In this document: positions 62,096 to 64,000 of the stretch, piece after piece
Position numbering within the stretch: the stretch's first letter is position 1
Layout of the letters: each line of letters opens with the position of its first letter
Assembly: GCA_965248955.1 (NCBI GenBank)
Contig: OZ252212.1
Span: 1,105,037-1,169,036 of the forward strand
Source of the DNA: Dehalococcoidia bacterium
GTDB taxonomy: Bacteria > Chloroflexota > Dehalococcoidia > Lucifugimonadales > QGNO01
Direction of reading: 5' to 3'
Length of the DNA stretch: 64,000 nucleotides
Notes under the pieces: model-generated
Database searches by the model: none
The model's input: only the letters and a program-made list of their open reading frames with translations
What the model was told of the DNA's origin: nothing
Program-made: the position numbers and the translations under genes

Positions 62096-62111
62096 GGCGA
62101 AGCTAGAGGCA

Positions 62112-62188
62112 GGGCGGTTAGCTCAGATGGTTAGAGCGTCGCGTTGACATCGCGGAGGTCACTGGTTCGAGTCCAGTACCGCCCACCA
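62112..62188 (+). tRNA. tRNA-Val (anticodon GAC), CCA encoded
   Basis: Hand-folded cloverleaf: acceptor GGGCGGT/ACCGCCC, D arm GCTC/GAGC, anticodon arm TCGCG-TTGACAT-CGCGG, T arm ACTGG-TTCGAGT-CCAGT, discriminator A, then CCA. Confidence 0.9.
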
Positions 62189-62227
62189 AACTGGACAAAA
62201 TCAAGAACCTTCACATTGAGATTCAGG
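62184..62227 (+). repeat. tRNA-Val 3' end plus trailer; partner of the 58638-58681 repeat
   Basis: Starts at the last acceptor-stem base, followed by the discriminator base and CCA. See the partner feature. Confidence 0.6.
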
Positions 62228-62294
62228 CTAGCAGCCTGACATGGACCTTGGGCTAGGAATGCCCTGATGATCCCAAGAGAGGAAGCCGCGACGT

Positions 62295-62915
62295 ATGACG
62301 GGATGCCCCGCCAACAACTCTCCCGTAGCCCGCGCATTGGGGGACGACTTTATCAATCTACACACGGCGGTGCGTAAGCACTACTCTGAGCCAACGGTGG
62401 TTTTGAGTGGGGTCATGAACAGTATCAATGTTAAGACGGCAATCAGGCCAGTAGCATTGCTCTCATACATGCTGTTCCGTGCCCCGGTCCCGCACAACGG
62501 AGAGAATGTTGAATTCACCGTGCACAGCCGAGTCGATGGTTCGGGCGTGATGCATTGGCTTAGGACCTTCTTCGGCAACGACGGCTTTCGTAGGGACGTG
62601 ACGTTCTCTTCTCACATGGTATTTTCAGGCGACCATAGAATCATCGAAACTACGAGATGGGGTCTGGGGGTAGAGTCGGACTTGCGAGTTGACGACGTAG
62701 GAAGCTTGGTCTATGACATCCGGAAGTACGTGTTAAGGGCACCTTTTCTTGGGCTGATTATTGGGTTCCCCACCTGGGTCTCGCCTTTTGGAGGTGGCTG
62801 CACCACCGAAACCGGAGAGAGTGAAGCCAGTTTCAGTGTCAACTTTGAGATGACCCATCCGGTATTCGGACGAACTATCGGCTACTCGGGTAGGTGTCGG
62901 ATGTCGTCCTCTTGA
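62295..62915 (+). CDS. Hypothetical protein, possibly DUF4166-like
   Basis: 206 aa. The N-terminal ALGDDFINLHTAVRKHY resembles the DUF4166 N-terminal motif as I remember it. Unverified. Confidence 0.4.
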   Translation: MTGCPANNSPVARALGDDFINLHTAVRKHYSEPTVVLSGVMNSINVKTAIRPVALLSYMLFRAPVPHNGENVEFTVHSRVDGSGVMHWLRTFFGNDGFRRDVTFSSHMVFSGDHRIIETTRWGLGVESDLRVDDVGSLVYDIRKYVLRAPFLGLIIGFPTWVSPFGGGCTTETGESEASFSVNFEMTHPVFGRTIGYSGRCRMSSS

Positions 62916-63085
62916 GCTAGCCAAGACTGGGCAGGCGGCAAAAGACATGGCCAAGGGCCAGCCACTGCCGCCGGGGTCGCCGTTGCAGCTGCGGGGGTTG
63001 CAAAGGGTGGGGGCATAACTAGAATTGGGCTATCGCTCGGTCCCTTCGGGCGACATCACCAGGACGAGGCCAAATAGGAATCCCG

Positions 63086-63613
63086 CTAACGATTCTGAGA
63101 AACTAATGGTTCAGGCGCTGGGGCAACTGTAAATTCGAGAGGGAAGTCGCTCGGGATGACCTGACGCGCCCGGTCGGTCTGTTGCGCCCGGTCAAGCCGC
63201 TCAGTGGGTTCAATCCCAACTCCTATTCCTGAGAAATCAGCAAGAGATCCTGCCTCAGTGACATTAACGCCTGCCCCGGAGAGATCAAGTTCGACAAGCC
63301 GCCTTGCTTCCCGCTGAAGCTCTACGAGTGAGTAGGGTCTTTCAACTACTCGAACTGGGACGCTGGCCCGCAACGTCCGCACAAGCGCGGCCATCCTGTG
63401 AGGGACTTGTCCCTGACTCGACGCGTCTGCTAGAGGCATCTGCCTTGCAACCCTAGGGTCTATTGTTGGAGGAGCGGCCTCGTGGGATATCTTCGATTTG
63501 TGAGCAGATGCCGATTCGTAACCACCGGTGCCTCGGGCGTACAAAATCCCCGCAGCGGCAATCAACGTCAGCGCTACTACCAGAATTGCAGAGTATGTGA
63601 ATCTCCGACTCAT
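63086..63613 (-). CDS. Hypothetical membrane-anchored protein
   Basis: 175 aa. Single N-terminal TM helix (AILVVALTLIAAAGILY). No family recognised. Confidence 0.4.
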   Translation of the reverse strand: MSRRFTYSAILVVALTLIAAAGILYARGTGGYESASAHKSKISHEAAPPTIDPRVARQMPLADASSQGQVPHRMAALVRTLRASVPVRVVERPYSLVELQREARRLVELDLSGAGVNVTEAGSLADFSGIGVGIEPTERLDRAQQTDRARQVIPSDFPLEFTVAPAPEPLVSQNR

Positions 63614-63742
63614 ACCAAAGCTTCTTCGTCTTCACGAATGCAATTACTACAGCAATGTCGTCAAATCCAACGAACCCTACTAGAATAGAGGGGCATCTAA
63701 GGTTCGATTTTACCACGCCGGGGTTTAGCCATCTCAATTCAG

Positions 63743-64000
63743 GTGCCCCGTGATATCCGGGAGTCCGATGCACGAAACGTAGTAGCGCTTGGTACGGAGG
63801 GACATCTGAGGTCTATCGGCGTAGCGACGGTATCTGCATGGATCGCCTATGCCTTTGCTTGGGCTGCGGGGATCGGGTTTGCGTTCGTGCCGGTGTACCA
63901 GGGTGAGTCAGTAGCTCCAGCACTCCCTGGTGAGTCTGTCGACGAGCGGACCTGGATGAGCTCTACTCTGATAGCGGAGAATGGGTTGCATGTAATTTTG
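63743..64000 (+). CDS. Possible 5'-partial ORF running off the window end (hydrophobic segment)
   Basis: The frame is open from 63701 to the window end, and the first candidate start is GTG 63743. It encodes ...VSAWIAYAFAWAAGIGFAFVPVY... and is not in the supplied ORF track because it has no stop. Confidence 0.25.
   Translation, partial: MPRDIRESDARNVVALGTEGHLRSIGVATVSAWIAYAFAWAAGIGFAFVPVYQGESVAPALPGESVDERTWMSSTLIAENGLHVIL

Noticed and set aside
62131-62337. 68-aa minus-strand ORF
   Set aside because: It overlaps tRNA-Val in antisense. Its similarity to the ORF at 58537-58791 (VKxLDFVQFG) is explained by the nucleotide repeat.
62189-64000. Classical tRNA-linked genomic island downstream of tRNA-Val
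   Set aside because: No integrase, transposase or phage genes are visible in the 1.8 kb that follow. The only repeat partner lies upstream of the tRNA, not downstream.

Overview
Moderately GC-rich bacterial chromosomal window. The gene content and protein style look Chloroflexota-like to me, but this is unverified because no searches were run. It is mostly housekeeping. It holds a GS-GOGAT block (glnA-gltB-gltD) beside an orphan OmpR-type regulator, a cysteine synthase/ThiF-MoeB/Rrf2 cluster, and the dnaA region with candidate oriC elements. It also holds obg-nadD, pyrE, gyrB, an S9 peptidase-GGT-PxpABC (gamma-glutamyl cycle) block and an odd operon of SAM-methyltransferase, DM13 and Na+-decarboxylase membrane/biotin subunits. 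The conserved rpsB-tsf-pyrH-frr-cdsA-dxr-rseP-ispG cluster is present, followed by yceD-rpmF-fabD-nusB-acpP, UDG, RNase J, FtsK, Fe-S carrier genes, proS, a GH15 hydrolase and tRNA-Val. Four things stand out. (1) A 915-aa fused nuclease-like/N6-adenine methyltransferase (Type IIG-like) sits between housekeeping blocks. Directly upstream is a very acidic protein made of two gapless 58-aa six-cysteine repeats, and its first repeat extends upstream of any canonical in-frame start codon. (2) A two-gene module of paralogous double-hotdog (MaoC/FAS1-like) proteins is present twice in inverted orientation about 14 kb apart, with long identical nucleotide runs near the 3' ends. (3) The orphan OmpR-family regulator next to glnA has a degenerate receiver domain. 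(4) An imperfect 44-nt direct repeat includes the last nucleotides of tRNA-Val. No CRISPR array, rRNA, transposase or integrase was seen. All calls rest on reading the ORF translations and the sequence by eye.
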